Source: Deltaproteobacteria bacterium CG11_big_fil_rev_8_21_14_0_20_42_23 (GTDB taxonomy: Bacteria > UBA10199 > 2-02-FULL-44-16). From it: a stretch of 55,823 bases of DNA. The notes below the pieces were generated by a model that ran no database searches, was not told the DNA's origin, and worked only from the letters and a program-made list of their open reading frames with translations. This document shows positions 55,811-55,823 of this stretch, piece by piece (position 1 is the first letter of the stretch; the number at the start of each line of letters is the position of its first letter). The stretch is taken from positions 60,009 to 115,831 of the forward strand of contig PCXC01000028.1 of the NCBI GenBank assembly GCA_002796345.1, read 5' to 3'. Made by a program: the position numbers and the translations under genes.

Positions 55811-55823
55811 ATGACAAAACGAA
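55811..55823 (+). CDS. 5' end of a further CDS (truncated by the window edge)
   Basis: GGAGGAG SD 5 nt before the ATG at 55811. Only 4 codons are visible. Confidence 0.3.

Overview
This is a moderately AT-rich, densely packed bacterial chromosomal segment with about 55 protein genes, one tRNA, and no rRNA. All calls rest on motif recognition by eye, since no searches could be run.

Most of the window is housekeeping:
- meaB-mutS, a TPR-AMIN-amidase, glnD, an OPT transporter and miaB.
- A long co-directional block with many overlapping stop/start codons: BFN nuclease, gamma-CA-like, tilS, ftsH, folP, pdxJ, acpS, nnr, tsaE, lysC.
- pcm, an M48 peptidase, an HD-GYP response regulator, initiator tRNA-Met and hemH.
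- thyA-folA plus a TLC-family transporter, yqgE, a Sel1-repeat lipoprotein and a CaCA antiporter.
- Two cspA paralogues, pepF, leuS-ileS (type 2) and typA.

Lineage clues are a Myxococcus-type Cys-rich repeat, a Cys-containing C-terminal sorting tag, a TLC transporter, a type-2 IleRS and HD-GYP. They point to a Myxococcota/Bdellovibrionota-like organism, but this is inference only.

I saw no CRISPR array, transposase, integrase or recognisable defence system.

The parts I cannot explain with known families, and rank highest, are:
1. A tight three-gene operon (1033..2428) of paralogous glycine-zipper/coiled-coil mini-proteins that share a C-terminal [YH]-G-[TN]-P tail. An orphan gene and a REP-like inverted repeat lie next to it.
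2. A terminator-insulated gene for a 1650-aa secreted protein (24393..29345) with a tripartite C-terminal sorting signal.
3. A TLC-family nucleotide-transporter homologue translationally coupled to thyA-folA.

Several smaller oddities are listed separately: a hemH C-terminal extension, a PqqD-like protein before miaB, a divergent L28-like gene, a split secreted-protein gene and two TM+zinc-ribbon mini-proteins.
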